Shown: positions 41,401-50,512, counted from the stretch's first letter. The stretch is 64,000 nucleotides of DNA from Microbulbifer sp. (GCF_051659245.1 NZ_JBOFOC010000025.1:841-64840), one strand, 5' to 3'. The notes: a model not told the origin generated them from the sequence alone. Translations and numbers: made by a program.

Positions 41401-42873
41401 CATGCGCTGGATATTGGGCGCCATCTGCTCCAGGAGATCGGCATTGTTGGGCAGGTTGATGGCCCGGTCCTGCATCATGTCCAGCAATGCTTCCGCGGAT
41501 TCAGGCAGCTCGCCGGTTCGGTAACCTTCGGCCTTGAGGCGATTTAGGATCTGCCACAGGGAGGCGGGCACGTCCAGGTTGTCGGCGCCGATATTGTGGC
41601 GCCCCGGCGGGTGGTTGTAGTAGACGATGGCGATACGCTTGTCTCGGTTGACAGTGACCTGCAGGTGGCGCCATTTACCGATGCGGGACAGCAGGGTGTC
41701 GATCCCGTCGTCCACCCCGCCAATGGGCTGGATGCGGATGCCGGTGAGCGGATCGTCCACCTGTTTCCCCGCGGTGGCAATCACCAGCGGTTGACCAGCG
41801 CCCTGCAGTTCCGGCATGGCCACCTGATAGTAGACCTTGTCCCGGGCCATGCCGTCGGAAGAGAGCTGCCACTCCGCAGCGGTGCGGTCCCGTAATTTGA
41901 TGGCTTTCAGTACCGGGACATTGAGGCGGGTGAGGGCGTCGGTCACTTTTTCCCGACCCTCCCCCCCGCCGATAACGAAGTCCTGCAGCATTACCACCGC
42001 GCTGAGCCTGGATTTCAGGGGCGCCAGCGCGCGCGCCGCTTCCACACCCGCCTCACCCCAGTAGGACAGGCCCACCAGACACTGATGACCGATTTGTTCC
42101 GCAGCACGGCGGCATATCTCCTGCAGCAAAGCGTTGTCCGCCGGTCGGTCGCCACCCGCGTGGTCCAGCATTACCAGTACCGGTCTATCGCTGGGGATGG
42201 GCGGCAGCTCCGTGCTGAATTCGCCGCCGAACTGCCAGCGCAACCGCGGCACCGGCTCGGCGCCGGGTACTGCAATATCGGCCCCGAGAAATCGGAAAGC
42301 CCAGGCAAACAGGTTGGCGGTATTGGCGCTGCCCCCCGCCTGCCAATAGCGGCGGGCGGTAATCCAGTCCGCCTGTTCGGGGTATTCCGACACTAGCTTG
42401 TCCAGCACCTGGTGGAAATTCTTGCTGGGCTGGATGCCGGCGATGTGGCGCAATTGCTCGTCGTCGTTGAACACCGGCCGGCCGCCGAGGCGGCTGTGCC
42501 TGAGCAGTCGGTGATCGCTGTTCATAATCAGCAGCGGTGTTCCCGTACGGCCAAACCACAGTTCCAGTTCCGCCACGGCGGCACCGTACAGCCCCACTCC
42601 CAATACCAAATCGCTGCCAGCGATAAGTTGTTTGATCTCCGTCGCAGGCACTTCCCGAAGCTGGGCGTCGCTGCGGGCGACGATGCGATAACCCGGGTGG
42701 CGCCGGTCAAACTGCTGTGCCGCCTCGGCGATGGTTTCGGCATTGCGCTGTGAGACCAGCACCAGTAGCTGGCGATCCGACGCATGGCTGAGCAGGGTGC
42801 AGGAGAGCAACAGGATACCCAACAGTAGCGGGTAGTAGGGGCGGATAACGGTCACCCTGAGAAAGCGATACAT
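38473..42873 (-). CDS. CobN/Mg-chelatase-like protein (BtuS/HmuS type), N-terminal signal-like segment and C-terminal TM
   Basis: AIVYYNHPPG, VHLGRHSTYEFLPR, LPTGRNFY, DVVFTTSGLFRD, LRSRYLNPEW, LWGWQVT; hydrophobic termini. Confidence 0.88.
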   Translation of the reverse strand: MYRFLRVTVIRPYYPLLLGILLLSCTLLSHASDRQLLVLVSQRNAETIAEAAQQFDRRHPGYRIVARSDAQLREVPATEIKQLIAGSDLVLGVGLYGAAVAELELWFGRTGTPLLIMNSDHRLLRHSRLGGRPVFNDDEQLRHIAGIQPSKNFHQVLDKLVSEYPEQADWITARRYWQAGGSANTANLFAWAFRFLGADIAVPGAEPVPRLRWQFGGEFSTELPPIPSDRPVLVMLDHAGGDRPADNALLQEICRRAAEQIGHQCLVGLSYWGEAGVEAARALAPLKSRLSAVVMLQDFVIGGGEGREKVTDALTRLNVPVLKAIKLRDRTAAEWQLSSDGMARDKVYYQVAMPELQGAGQPLVIATAGKQVDDPLTGIRIQPIGGVDDGIDTLLSRIGKWRHLQVTVNRDKRIAIVYYNHPPGRHNIGADNLDVPASLWQILNRLKAEGYRTGELPESAEALLDMMQDRAINLPNNADLLEQMAPNIQRMSADRYRRWFETLPTTVQREMVDGPFGLLHEQLRHAVEAGKPQFAANSLNHTVEEMRHLLEGVDHPGRGRALALLEQLESCYRRSIDQPDNPCWEEALKLIDALRQTGIEGLGGWGEIPGKVMTYNGEILLPGLRFGNVFIGPQPPRGWEINEELLHANLAFPPTPQYLAFYHYLRDEFKADAMVHLGRHSTYEFLPRRAVALAADDYARIIASDIPGIYPYIVDGVGEGIQAKRRGLAVMVDHLTPPLEHTPLYDDLLQLRQLVESFEVNHDAGNPTLTSRLVQQIRDKVDALELRDELAQAMSAELAVMGIGFDEVDDDMLVHEVGHYLTSLQERFMPLGLHVFGRDWDENAVAMMLDSMAPDSDSERVQWRELLTRSPAAEMGALLLGLDGGFIAPGPGNDPIRSPESLPTGRNFYALDNSLIPSPVAWELGREMAADARASNPQNPDKREALVLWASDVVRDEGVMIAFGLDMLGLKPVWNSRGLVKGLERQPLADGRVRRDVVFTTSGLFRDLYSRQMALLDQAVLMALDASADAIVRDYPALTLALQEALQPLRESGLYGGQQGGSESLDQNQVAAHWVKQAQDLLVGGHAAAEAGALASLRVFGDAPGSYGAGVNRLVDRSGAWQQRQELAEVYLRRLGHSFGRNGGDGGFFGAPVEGVFRTVLGDVENTYLGRSSNLYGLIDNNDAFDYLGGLSLAVETLTGKPPNNYVLDHANPGKTLVRPLSLALRQELRSRYLNPEWLKGLMAHGYAGARTMGSEFLEYLWGWQVTNPALVGDWAWQEVKDVYVDDRYGLQLDEFLEEGHNVHVKSNMLAIMLVAIQKDFWKEDAATTAQLAGEFTALVTAHGLPGSGHTTPDHPLFPWLEQHLAPDQQESLKAVVARAQSEPEQRRETHRLTEVELEEPEDLQAQPPQSSDDRPSEPPAADDRQRSNGSNPASHWAWLLLAASILIIAAGFYRALAHSKGGESP

Positions 42874-42989
42874 TAAGCTGTCTCGACCAGTCGGAATATG
42901 AGGCTATAAAACGCGCAGCGTCCACCGACTTCCAGGGTGTGGCTGACGGCGGCGAGGGATAGCCATCGAAATAAAAGAGCCCTTCTCAT
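42873..42989 (-). CDS. 38-codon ORF translationally coupled to the chelatase gene
   Basis: GAGGAA-5 nt-ATG; MRRALLFRWLSLAAVSHTLEVGGRCAFYSLIFRLVETA; its TAA overlaps the next ATG (TAATG). Confidence 0.45.
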   Translation of the reverse strand: MRRALLFRWLSLAAVSHTLEVGGRCAFYSLIFRLVETA

Positions 42990-43135
42990 TATTATTCCTC
43001 AAACGTGTTGTTTCACGGCGAGAAGAGGAATGACAGGTCGACGGAACCCGAAAAAGAATGCGAGTACAGACCGCACTCAGAAGCCCTCCGCTTCATCGTC
43101 ACAGATACTGTACGAATGGCAAAACCGTGTTTTCC

Positions 43136-43315
43136 CAACAGGCCGGTTTCGGGCTTGTGAATCCGGTGGATTCACTTACCGTTGCGGGGGCAGCGGAGGT
43201 TTTGTTGTAACGACTCTTGCATTCCAATGGAGTGGTTACAACGCACCACACTTCCCGCTTATCCTGCTCCAGACCGCCCGGGCGAGAGAGGGTCGAGCAG
43301 GCACCTGATGCAGGG
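43136..43315 (-). ncRNA. Cobalamin riboswitch (compact type)
   Basis: Minus strand AGGTGC...AAGCGGGAAGTGTGGTGCG...GCTGCCCCCGCAACGGTAA...AAGCCCGAAACCGGCCTG: B12-element conserved blocks in the correct order, upstream of a CobN-like operon. Confidence 0.88.
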
Positions 43316-43504
43316 AGCGCATTCTAGTGTTGTTGGGAAGTGGAGTCAAAGCCCTGTGTTCGTATAGGCGGCGATCTTCTTCGCCAGGGAATCCGATTGA
43401 GATACGCGTTTATTGCGCAGCATTTGAAATAGCCCCGACCAAATGGCCAGGGCTATTTCAATAGTCAAAGCGATCAACCTCACAGGTCGATCCTGTTCGC
43501 TTGG

Positions 43505-45268
43505 TCAGAACTGCATAAAGAAATCCCAAGCCTCTGCGGGAATCCAGGATTCAGCCGCGCCGGGCTCCCGATGGTCGTGAATGTGACCTCCATCGAAGGT
43601 GCAGACTTTCACGGGATAACCCTCATCACAGCCTTCCATATTAACGCATAAATGCTGGGAGGGACTTCCTGGAACCCAGGTTTCAATGTCGTTTGGCACG
43701 TTACATCCGTTATCGCGCGCTTTCTCCAAAGCGATGTACTTCGCACCGCGTCCGCCGCCAGCATCCCAAGGAGTGATGGAGTCGGCCATGCCGGTTGTCT
43801 GCATCCAGGCGATGGGTTCAGTGCGTTTTGGGTTGGGCAACCAAATATTGAAGTTCGCGGGAGACATCCCGAAACCTGCGCGGATTACGTCCTGGTGATT
43901 GGTGGACAGTGAATAAGAGATCATCCCCCCGAAGCTCATGCCCGAGACGAATACCCGCGTGGTATCAACACACAGGCTATTTTTTATGAAATTAGTGATG
44001 TCATCAAATAAAGGATGATCGCGTTGATCCCACCGATCGATGGCTGTCGGCGCGATCCAAATCGCCGGGACATTATCCCTGAGCGCCTGGGTCCTTAAGC
44101 CAAACCAGTTTAAGAAGTCAGTATTATAGACATGTTCGCCAACCCCACCTAAACCGTGCGAAACGTAAAACAAGCGGTAAGGTTCATTAGGATCGTAATT
44201 AGAGGGAAGGGTGACAAAGTATTCGCGCTCTATACCACTGCTAATAATGGTGTTCCTACCGTTCGTAAGCGATAGGGGGTTGCCGCAACCCGCACTCTTT
44301 TCCGGGGGGTTCTTCACACCGCCGGAGCCGGAACAATCACCGACGCTGACGGCGCTGCCAGTTACGGTCAAGCTATCGATATTGCCCAGCCCCTCAGCAG
44401 TGGTAGCCTGCAGACGAATTGTGTGGCTGCCTTGGTCCAGCCACAATTCGACGGCTTCGCTGTTACTCCAGTTTGTCCATCCACCTGTGGTGGCCTGAGT
44501 TAGTCCGGTGTATTGAAGCTCACCATCAATAAGCACATCAGCAAAACGTCCACTCGCACCACCATTAGCATAGCGCCATTGCAAAGTGTAGCTGCCGGCC
44601 TGACCAATCTCGACTTCCCAGGTGATCCCGGTACCGATGTTGTTGTCAGTGTTAGCAAAACCGCTACCGTTGAAGCCGGAGTGATTTGTGTCGACGCTAC
44701 CATCTACGTCACAAAAGCCACCTTCCTCTTCAAGCGTCACACTTGTTGGGTTGGGGTTGTTGCCCCCGACAAGATCAAGTGCCCACAACTGGGTGTCGCC
44801 ACCCCACCATTCCCACTGCGCAATGTTTGCGCCATCAGAGGTATCCCAATCTAACAGGTCGAGACTTTTGCCACTGTGTTTATTGATAAAACTAAAATAG
44901 CCATCGCCCTGATCAGTGATAGTCCACGTTTGTGATTCACCCCCCCAGTATTCCCACTGGACCACATTGCCGCCATCTGCGGTGCTGAAGTCGTACACCT
45001 CCATGGCCTTCCCACTATTCACGTTAACGACGGAATAGTCATCGCCCCCTACATTAGAAATTTCCCACTGCTGGGTGGCGCCTCCATTTGCAGACCATTG
45101 GATAACGTTTGCCCCATCGGCGGTATCGGCGGATCCCACCTCTACCAACTTTTCACTGTATTTGGACGTGATGGTATAGATCCCATCATCAATGGCCCAA
45201 CTTAGTTGAGCACATGAAAGTAAAACTGTCAGCGACCCCAGCCGCCAGATTATATTTCTCATCATCAT
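43505..45268 (-). CDS. Secreted modular esterase: ricin-type beta-trefoil (CBM13-like) + CBM35/CBM6-like + alpha/beta-hydrolase
   Basis: Signal peptide; QxW ricin repeats; GFNGSGFAN...YTLQWRYANG module; catalytic GMSFGG (GxSxG) and FDGGH. Confidence 0.82.
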   Translation of the reverse strand: MMMRNIIWRLGSLTVLLSCAQLSWAIDDGIYTITSKYSEKLVEVGSADTADGANVIQWSANGGATQQWEISNVGGDDYSVVNVNSGKAMEVYDFSTADGGNVVQWEYWGGESQTWTITDQGDGYFSFINKHSGKSLDLLDWDTSDGANIAQWEWWGGDTQLWALDLVGGNNPNPTSVTLEEEGGFCDVDGSVDTNHSGFNGSGFANTDNNIGTGITWEVEIGQAGSYTLQWRYANGGASGRFADVLIDGELQYTGLTQATTGGWTNWSNSEAVELWLDQGSHTIRLQATTAEGLGNIDSLTVTGSAVSVGDCSGSGGVKNPPEKSAGCGNPLSLTNGRNTIISSGIEREYFVTLPSNYDPNEPYRLFYVSHGLGGVGEHVYNTDFLNWFGLRTQALRDNVPAIWIAPTAIDRWDQRDHPLFDDITNFIKNSLCVDTTRVFVSGMSFGGMISYSLSTNHQDVIRAGFGMSPANFNIWLPNPKRTEPIAWMQTTGMADSITPWDAGGGRGAKYIALEKARDNGCNVPNDIETWVPGSPSQHLCVNMEGCDEGYPVKVCTFDGGHIHDHREPGAAESWIPAEAWDFFMQF

Positions 45269-45919
45269 AATATGCTTCTCGCTTTTGTCAGGGGTTAGAC
45301 AACACACGCCTAAAGCGGACAAAACCCGTTGGTGAATGTTTTTATTTAGTACAACCGTGCAAAGAAACTAGATTTCACTAAGATAGGAAGACAGATAATA
45401 TCTAATATAATATGACCATACCATAATCAGCCCGGACAAGATTTCCAAACTACGCACGAGTTCTATAACTTGGAAAAATTTCGATAATGCGCATAAATCA
45501 TTAAAATTCGGCAAGCTTTGTGCGAGGCAGCACATGAAAAACCCACCATGCTATGCAGCATCTCGACTCACACCAATTGCAGATTAGGTTTCTTGTGCCA
45601 TTCACGTGAAAATTAATGACATAAGCGCCAACCGGGAGATAACCCCCTCCGAGGAAATTCAGTGATTTCTATGGTGTGCAGGGTGGTGAGGTCGAAGCCG
45701 GGCGCCGGCGCCCGTTCGCGCTTCTCCGCCGACAAGGCTTGGGCTCGGGCTGCTGTATGAATAGGGTCGATCAGAGCAAGCGATAGAAGCAGATGTGTTC
45801 TACCAGCTCTTTATTTTATTTGCCTGACAGATTTTTACTCCTGCAAAACCTGTCTTGACGGGGGGCCACTTTACCCGATCAAACATGGCACAAAAGCCGG
45901 AACTGAACCCCGAAACTTT

Positions 45920-45984
45920 GATGGGCACGCTCCGCTTTGCCCATCCTACGGACGCGAGCATGGCAAAGCGGAGCGTGCCCATCA
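45920..45984. repeat. REP doublet (GATGGGCA type)
   Basis: GATGGGCACGCTCCGCTTTGCCCATCCTAC with inverted partner, directly after the flgL stop. Confidence 0.75.
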
Positions 45985-45993
45985 GGGGGAGGA

Positions 45994-47190
45994 TCAGAGC
46001 CGGTCGAACAGGCTCATGCCTTTGATATCGACAAAGGCCTTCTGCGCCGCCTGCAAGCCCACCTGGCGCAGGCTGTACTCGGAAATGGCCTCGACATAAT
46101 CCAGGTCCACCAGGTCCGACAGGGCCTGCTCGTAGTTGAGCGCGCGGTTGCCGGCCACCGAGTCCACCACGTCCAGTTCGTTGAGCCGCGCGCCCACGGA
46201 GGCGCGGGTGGTGAGTACATTGTCCAGGCTGTTGTCGAACTCGCGCATCACCGTGCTCAGGGTGTTCCCGCGCGCGGCTTTCTCCGCATCGGTGCCGGCC
46301 GGCTGTTCCAGCACTGCCAGGGCCTTTTCGAAGGTCGCGAACAGGTCCGTATTCATGTTTTCGGCCAGGTCCACATCGATGCGGTCGCCGTCGGCGGGCG
46401 CGCCCTTGAGGGTCAGGGACAGGCCGCCGAATTCGATCGCCGAGCCCTCCTCGTAGGGCTGTGCCGGCCCGCCGTTTACCGAATAGGTGGCGCTGCCGCC
46501 GGTTACCGAAAAGGCGATTTCATAGGCGCCGCCGAAGCCCGGATCGGTCTCATCCACTACCCGGGGCCCCGCGAAGGTGACGCTGCCGGCGTTGGCGCCG
46601 CCCGCTTCAGCGACGTATCCGGCGCTGGGGTGTACGCTCCGGAACACCGTCTCGCCGTTGTCCGCCACCGACATCAGCCGGGACGCATCGATGCGTACTT
46701 GGCGGGCGCTGGCGTCACCGACGTAGCTCACCGAGCCGTCGGCGGCGCGCACGAAGGGCTCGCTGCCGTCCCGGTAGCCGCCGAACAGGTAGCGGCCGTT
46801 GCCGTCGGCGGCGTTGGCCTGCCCGATCACCGTCTCGTAGACGCCGCGCAGCTCGCTGGCCACGGAGGCCCGGTCGGCGTCGCTGAGAGTGTCGCTGGCC
46901 GCCTGGATGACAAGCGCCTTGGCGCTGGCGATGGCGTCGCCGACGCTGTCGAGCACGCTCTCCTCCTGGGCCAGGGCGTTGCGGGCGCTCACCCGGGCCT
47001 CGCCGTACTGCTCGGTGGCCGCCAGGGACTGGGACACCTGCACCGCCCGGGAAGCCGCCTGGGGGTCGTCGGAGGGGTTGACCACCCGGCGCCCGGAGGC
47101 GATCTGCTGGCCCACCTTGAGAAACTCGCCCTGCTGGCGGTTCATGGAGTTCATGCTCTGCTCGTACATGGTGACGGTGCTGACGCGCAT
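45994..47190 (-). CDS. flgL: Hook-filament junction protein FlgL
   Basis: MRVST, ASGRRV.NPSDDP, GRYLFGG, DLDY.EAIS. Confidence 0.94.
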   Translation of the reverse strand: MRVSTVTMYEQSMNSMNRQQGEFLKVGQQIASGRRVVNPSDDPQAASRAVQVSQSLAATEQYGEARVSARNALAQEESVLDSVGDAIASAKALVIQAASDTLSDADRASVASELRGVYETVIGQANAADGNGRYLFGGYRDGSEPFVRAADGSVSYVGDASARQVRIDASRLMSVADNGETVFRSVHPSAGYVAEAGGANAGSVTFAGPRVVDETDPGFGGAYEIAFSVTGGSATYSVNGGPAQPYEEGSAIEFGGLSLTLKGAPADGDRIDVDLAENMNTDLFATFEKALAVLEQPAGTDAEKAARGNTLSTVMREFDNSLDNVLTTRASVGARLNELDVVDSVAGNRALNYEQALSDLVDLDYVEAISEYSLRQVGLQAAQKAFVDIKGMSLFDRL

Positions 47191-47202
47191 CGATTTGTCT
47201 CC

Positions 47203-48822
47203 TTATCGCAGCCCGAGAATGGCATCCATGAGGGTGGAACCCACCTGGATTACCTTGGCGTTGGCCTGGTAGTACTGCTGGTACCGGATCAGGTTGGCGG
47301 CTTCCTCGTTCAGGTTCACCCCGGATTCGGACTGCTGCAGGGCGCGCAGCTGTTCGCTGAGGCCCTGCTGGGCGTCCAGGTTTACCTGGACGATGTTGGA
47401 GCGGCTGCCCACATCGCTGACCAGGGACGCGTAGGCGCCGTTCAGGGTGGCGCCGCCGCCCACCAGCAGTTCGTCCTGCAGTTTTTGCAGTGCCAGGGCG
47501 TTTTCGTTGTCGCCACTGCCGCCACCGGCACCGGCGGCGATCTCGCCGGTGTCCCGGATCAGGTTTTCCATGCCGCCGGCGGCGCCCCGGGTGGGCTGCA
47601 ACTGGAAGCGGTCGCCGTCGGCCAGGGTGGCAGCGTCGCCGATGGTCACCACCACGCCGCCAAAGTTGAGCTGGTCGCTGCCGTCGAGGGTGGCGGTGAA
47701 GGTTTCGCCGCTGTCGAGGCGGGTGACCTGGAATTCGCCGGCGGCGGCGTCGGTCACCCGCAGCTCGTAGTCACTGGCGGTGAGTTGGTCCAGGTCGCCG
47801 AATGCCGCGCCGATGGTGGCACCGCCGGCGTTGGCGGGGTCGCTGAAGGCGCGCGGCTGGCCCACGGCGAACAGATCACCCCCCGGGTCACCGTTCAGGT
47901 CCACACCGGCGCGATGCTGTTCGTTGAATCCCCCCGCCAGGGACACCGCCAGTTGGCCAATCTGGTTCCGGGTGGTATCCAGGGCTTCCCGGCGGAAACT
48001 GAGCAGCCCGCCCAGGGAGCCGCCGGAGAGGGTGTCCTCATCCAGCTGCACCAGGTTGCCGGCGGAATCCCGGTAGCCCACCGCGGTGCGGGTGGGATCG
48101 GAGGAGGCGGTCACCGCCTCCAGGCCGAAGCTGCGGGAGCCGGCGACGATCGGCTGGCCGTTGCCGATGGACAGGTTGTAGGTGCCGCTTTCCTGCACGG
48201 TGAGGCGCACGTCGATGCGTTTGCTGAGGTCGGCTACCAGTTGGTCGCGCTGGTTGAGCAGGCTGTTGGGTGCTTCGCCGGTCCTGGCCTTGGCCAGGGC
48301 GATTTCGCGGTTGAGTTCGGCGACCTGTTCGGCGGTGTTGTTGATCTGCGCAATCTCGTCGCCGATCTGGCCGTTGATGCCGTCCTGCATATCCTGCAGG
48401 TAGCCGTCGAAGGCGCGGAACTGGGCGCTGAGCGTGTCCGCCGCGCCGATCACGCCCTGTCGCGCCGCCGGGTCCGCGGGCGCGCTGACCAGGTCCTCGA
48501 TGGCGGAGAAGAGGTTCTGCATCAGCGGCGCCAGCCCCGCCTCCCGGTCGGCCAACAGGTCGTCGATCTGCGCTATCTGCGTTTGGTAGGTATCCAGCGC
48601 GCTGGTCTTGCTGTTGGCCGCGTTGAGCTGGGCGGAGACGTAGTGGTCGAACTGGCGCTGGACGTCGTTCACCTGCACGCCGCCGCCGGCGTTGCGTTCG
48701 CCCAGCAGGGTGATTTCGCGGTTGTAGCCGGGGGTGTAGACGTTGCCGATATTGTTGCCGGTGGTGTTGAGTGCGTTCTGCGCGGCGTTCAGGCCGCTTA
48801 ACCCGATCGAAAAAATACTCAT
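47203..48822 (-). CDS. flgK: Hook-filament junction protein FlgK
   Basis: IGLSGLNAAQ..L.TTGNNI.N..T.GY.R; SGVNL.EEAANL. Confidence 0.95.
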   Translation of the reverse strand: MSIFSIGLSGLNAAQNALNTTGNNIGNVYTPGYNREITLLGERNAGGGVQVNDVQRQFDHYVSAQLNAANSKTSALDTYQTQIAQIDDLLADREAGLAPLMQNLFSAIEDLVSAPADPAARQGVIGAADTLSAQFRAFDGYLQDMQDGINGQIGDEIAQINNTAEQVAELNREIALAKARTGEAPNSLLNQRDQLVADLSKRIDVRLTVQESGTYNLSIGNGQPIVAGSRSFGLEAVTASSDPTRTAVGYRDSAGNLVQLDEDTLSGGSLGGLLSFRREALDTTRNQIGQLAVSLAGGFNEQHRAGVDLNGDPGGDLFAVGQPRAFSDPANAGGATIGAAFGDLDQLTASDYELRVTDAAAGEFQVTRLDSGETFTATLDGSDQLNFGGVVVTIGDAATLADGDRFQLQPTRGAAGGMENLIRDTGEIAAGAGGGSGDNENALALQKLQDELLVGGGATLNGAYASLVSDVGSRSNIVQVNLDAQQGLSEQLRALQQSESGVNLNEEAANLIRYQQYYQANAKVIQVGSTLMDAILGLR

Positions 48823-48858
48823 GTTTGCTTCCTGTTAACCCCCTGGCTGTTCGTAGCC

Positions 48859-49090
48859 GTAGGATGGGCAAAGCGCAGCGTGCCCATCAGCCGTGCCTGT
48901 GATGGGCACGTCGCTGCGCTCCTTTGCCCATCCTACAAACTTGCCTTTCCGTAAAGCCAACACCTCGGGTATCGGCCGGCGGACCTTCTTTCTTTAATTG
49001 CTGCATTCGGGAAGCCGCACCTGTAGGAGCCTGCTTGCAGGCGAAAAGGAACAGAACTTCGTAGCTGTTCGCCTGCAAGCAGGCTCCTAC
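48859..49090. repeat. Two REP doublets between flgJ and flgK
   Basis: GTAGGATGGGCA doublet (48859-48936) and GTAGGAGCCTGCTTGCAGGCGAA doublet (49023-49090). Confidence 0.85.
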
Positions 49091-49097
49091 GGGGATT

Positions 49098-49415
49098 CTA
49101 TTCATCGACGGCGGACGAATCGGACAACTGCTTCACCAACTGCTCCGCCAGCCCCAATCCCCGTCCGGCCAGGTGCTGGGAGAGCTGCTGGTCGAACAGG
49201 GATTCGTAGAAGCGGATGCGGGTGCTGTCGATCAGCTCCGAGCGCGGCGAGGCGTCGCGCATGCTCTGCATCAGTTTCTGCAGGAACAGCGCCTCGAACT
49301 GCTCCGCGGCCGCGCGCAGGTTGTTTTCCGGGTCCTCGGCGGCACCCCGCCGGAGCCGCTCCAGGCCCTGCATATCCAGGGCGAAGTCCGTGTGTGGTAA
49401 ATCCGGTCCCATCAC
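49098..49415 (-). CDS. flgJ: FlgJ, rod-binding domain only (no muramidase)
   Basis: [20 protein letters not shown]...[20 protein letters not shown]; stops at 105 aa; located between flgI and flgK. Confidence 0.85.
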   Translation of the reverse strand: MMGPDLPHTDFALDMQGLERLRRGAAEDPENNLRAAAEQFEALFLQKLMQSMRDASPRSELIDSTRIRFYESLFDQQLSQHLAGRGLGLAEQLVKQLSDSSAVDE

Positions 49416-50512
49416 AGTATCTCCAGTTCCGCGCGCAGTGCACCCGCGGCCTTGAGCGCCTCGAGAATCGACATCAGGTCCTGGGGCGTGGCGCCCAGCG
49501 CGTTGAGGGCGTCCACCACTTGCATCAGGTCGGCGCCCTCCACCAATTGCAGCGAACCGTGCTGCTGCCGGATGCTGATATCGCTGTCCGGCACCACGAC
49601 GGTATCGCCCTGGCCGAAGGGCGCCGGCTGGCTGACGCCGAAGCGGGTGTCAATCACCACCGACAGGTTGCCGTGGGCCACCGCGGCCGGCCGGAGGGTG
49701 ACGCGGCCGTTGAGGACCACCGAACCGGTGCGCGCGTTGATTACCACCCGCGCCGGAGCCTCGCTGGGTGTCACCTGAACCCGCTCCACCCGAGCCATGA
49801 AATTGACCCGCGCGTTGGGGTCGTCGGGCCCCTGCAGGCGGATTGCCCCGGCATCCATCGCCGCCGCCACCGGCTGGCCGAATTCACTGTTGATGGCGCG
49901 AACCGCGCGCTGGGCGGTGCCAAAATCCGCTTCCCTGAGTTGCAGTTCCAGTACGCCGCCGAGCCCCAGTTCCAGGGGCACTTCCCGCTCCACCACGGCG
50001 CCGCCGCTGATGCGGCCCCCCGCCTGCTGGTTGATCTGCACGCTGGAGCCGCCGGCCTCGGCGCCGGCGCCGCCCACCAGCAGGTTGCCCTGGGCGAGGG
50101 CATAGGTGAGCCCGTCCGCGCCTTTCAGCGGCGTCATCAGCAGGGTGCCGCCGCGCAGGCTGCGGGCGTTGCCGACGGAGGACACCACCACGTCGATGCG
50201 CTGGCCGGGCCGCGCAAAGGACGGCAGCTCGGCGGTGACCATCACCCCGGCGATATTGCGCAACTGCATGTTGGTGCCCGGGGGAATGGTAATTCCCAGC
50301 TCCGAGAACATATTGCTGAGACTCTGGGTGGTGAAGGGCGTCTGCATGGTCTGGTCGCCGCTGCCGTCCAGGCCCACCACCAGCCCGTAGCCCACCAGCA
50401 GGTTGTCGCGCACGCCGGCGAAATCCGCCAGCTCGCGCAGGGGCTCGGCGCGCGCGACGCCGGCAAGCACCGACAGGATCAAAAGGAGCGGAATCGGGAA
50501 AAGGAGTCGCAT
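49412..50512 (-). CDS. flgI: P-ring protein FlgI
   Basis: [39 protein letters not shown]. Confidence 0.96.
   Translation of the reverse strand: MRLLFPIPLLLILSVLAGVARAEPLRELADFAGVRDNLLVGYGLVVGLDGSGDQTMQTPFTTQSLSNMFSELGITIPPGTNMQLRNIAGVMVTAELPSFARPGQRIDVVVSSVGNARSLRGGTLLMTPLKGADGLTYALAQGNLLVGGAGAEAGGSSVQINQQAGGRISGGAVVEREVPLELGLGGVLELQLREADFGTAQRAVRAINSEFGQPVAAAMDAGAIRLQGPDDPNARVNFMARVERVQVTPSEAPARVVINARTGSVVLNGRVTLRPAAVAHGNLSVVIDTRFGVSQPAPFGQGDTVVVPDSDISIRQQHGSLQLVEGADLMQVVDALNALGATPQDLMSILEALKAAGALRAELEIL

Noticed and set aside
38473-42873. Canonical aerobic cobaltochelatase cobN
   Set aside because: Has signal-like and C-terminal TM segments and no cobS/cobT or other cob genes nearby, so the symbol was withheld.
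48937-49097. Frameshifted muramidase half of flgJ
   Set aside because: The interval is too short and is occupied by REP sequence.
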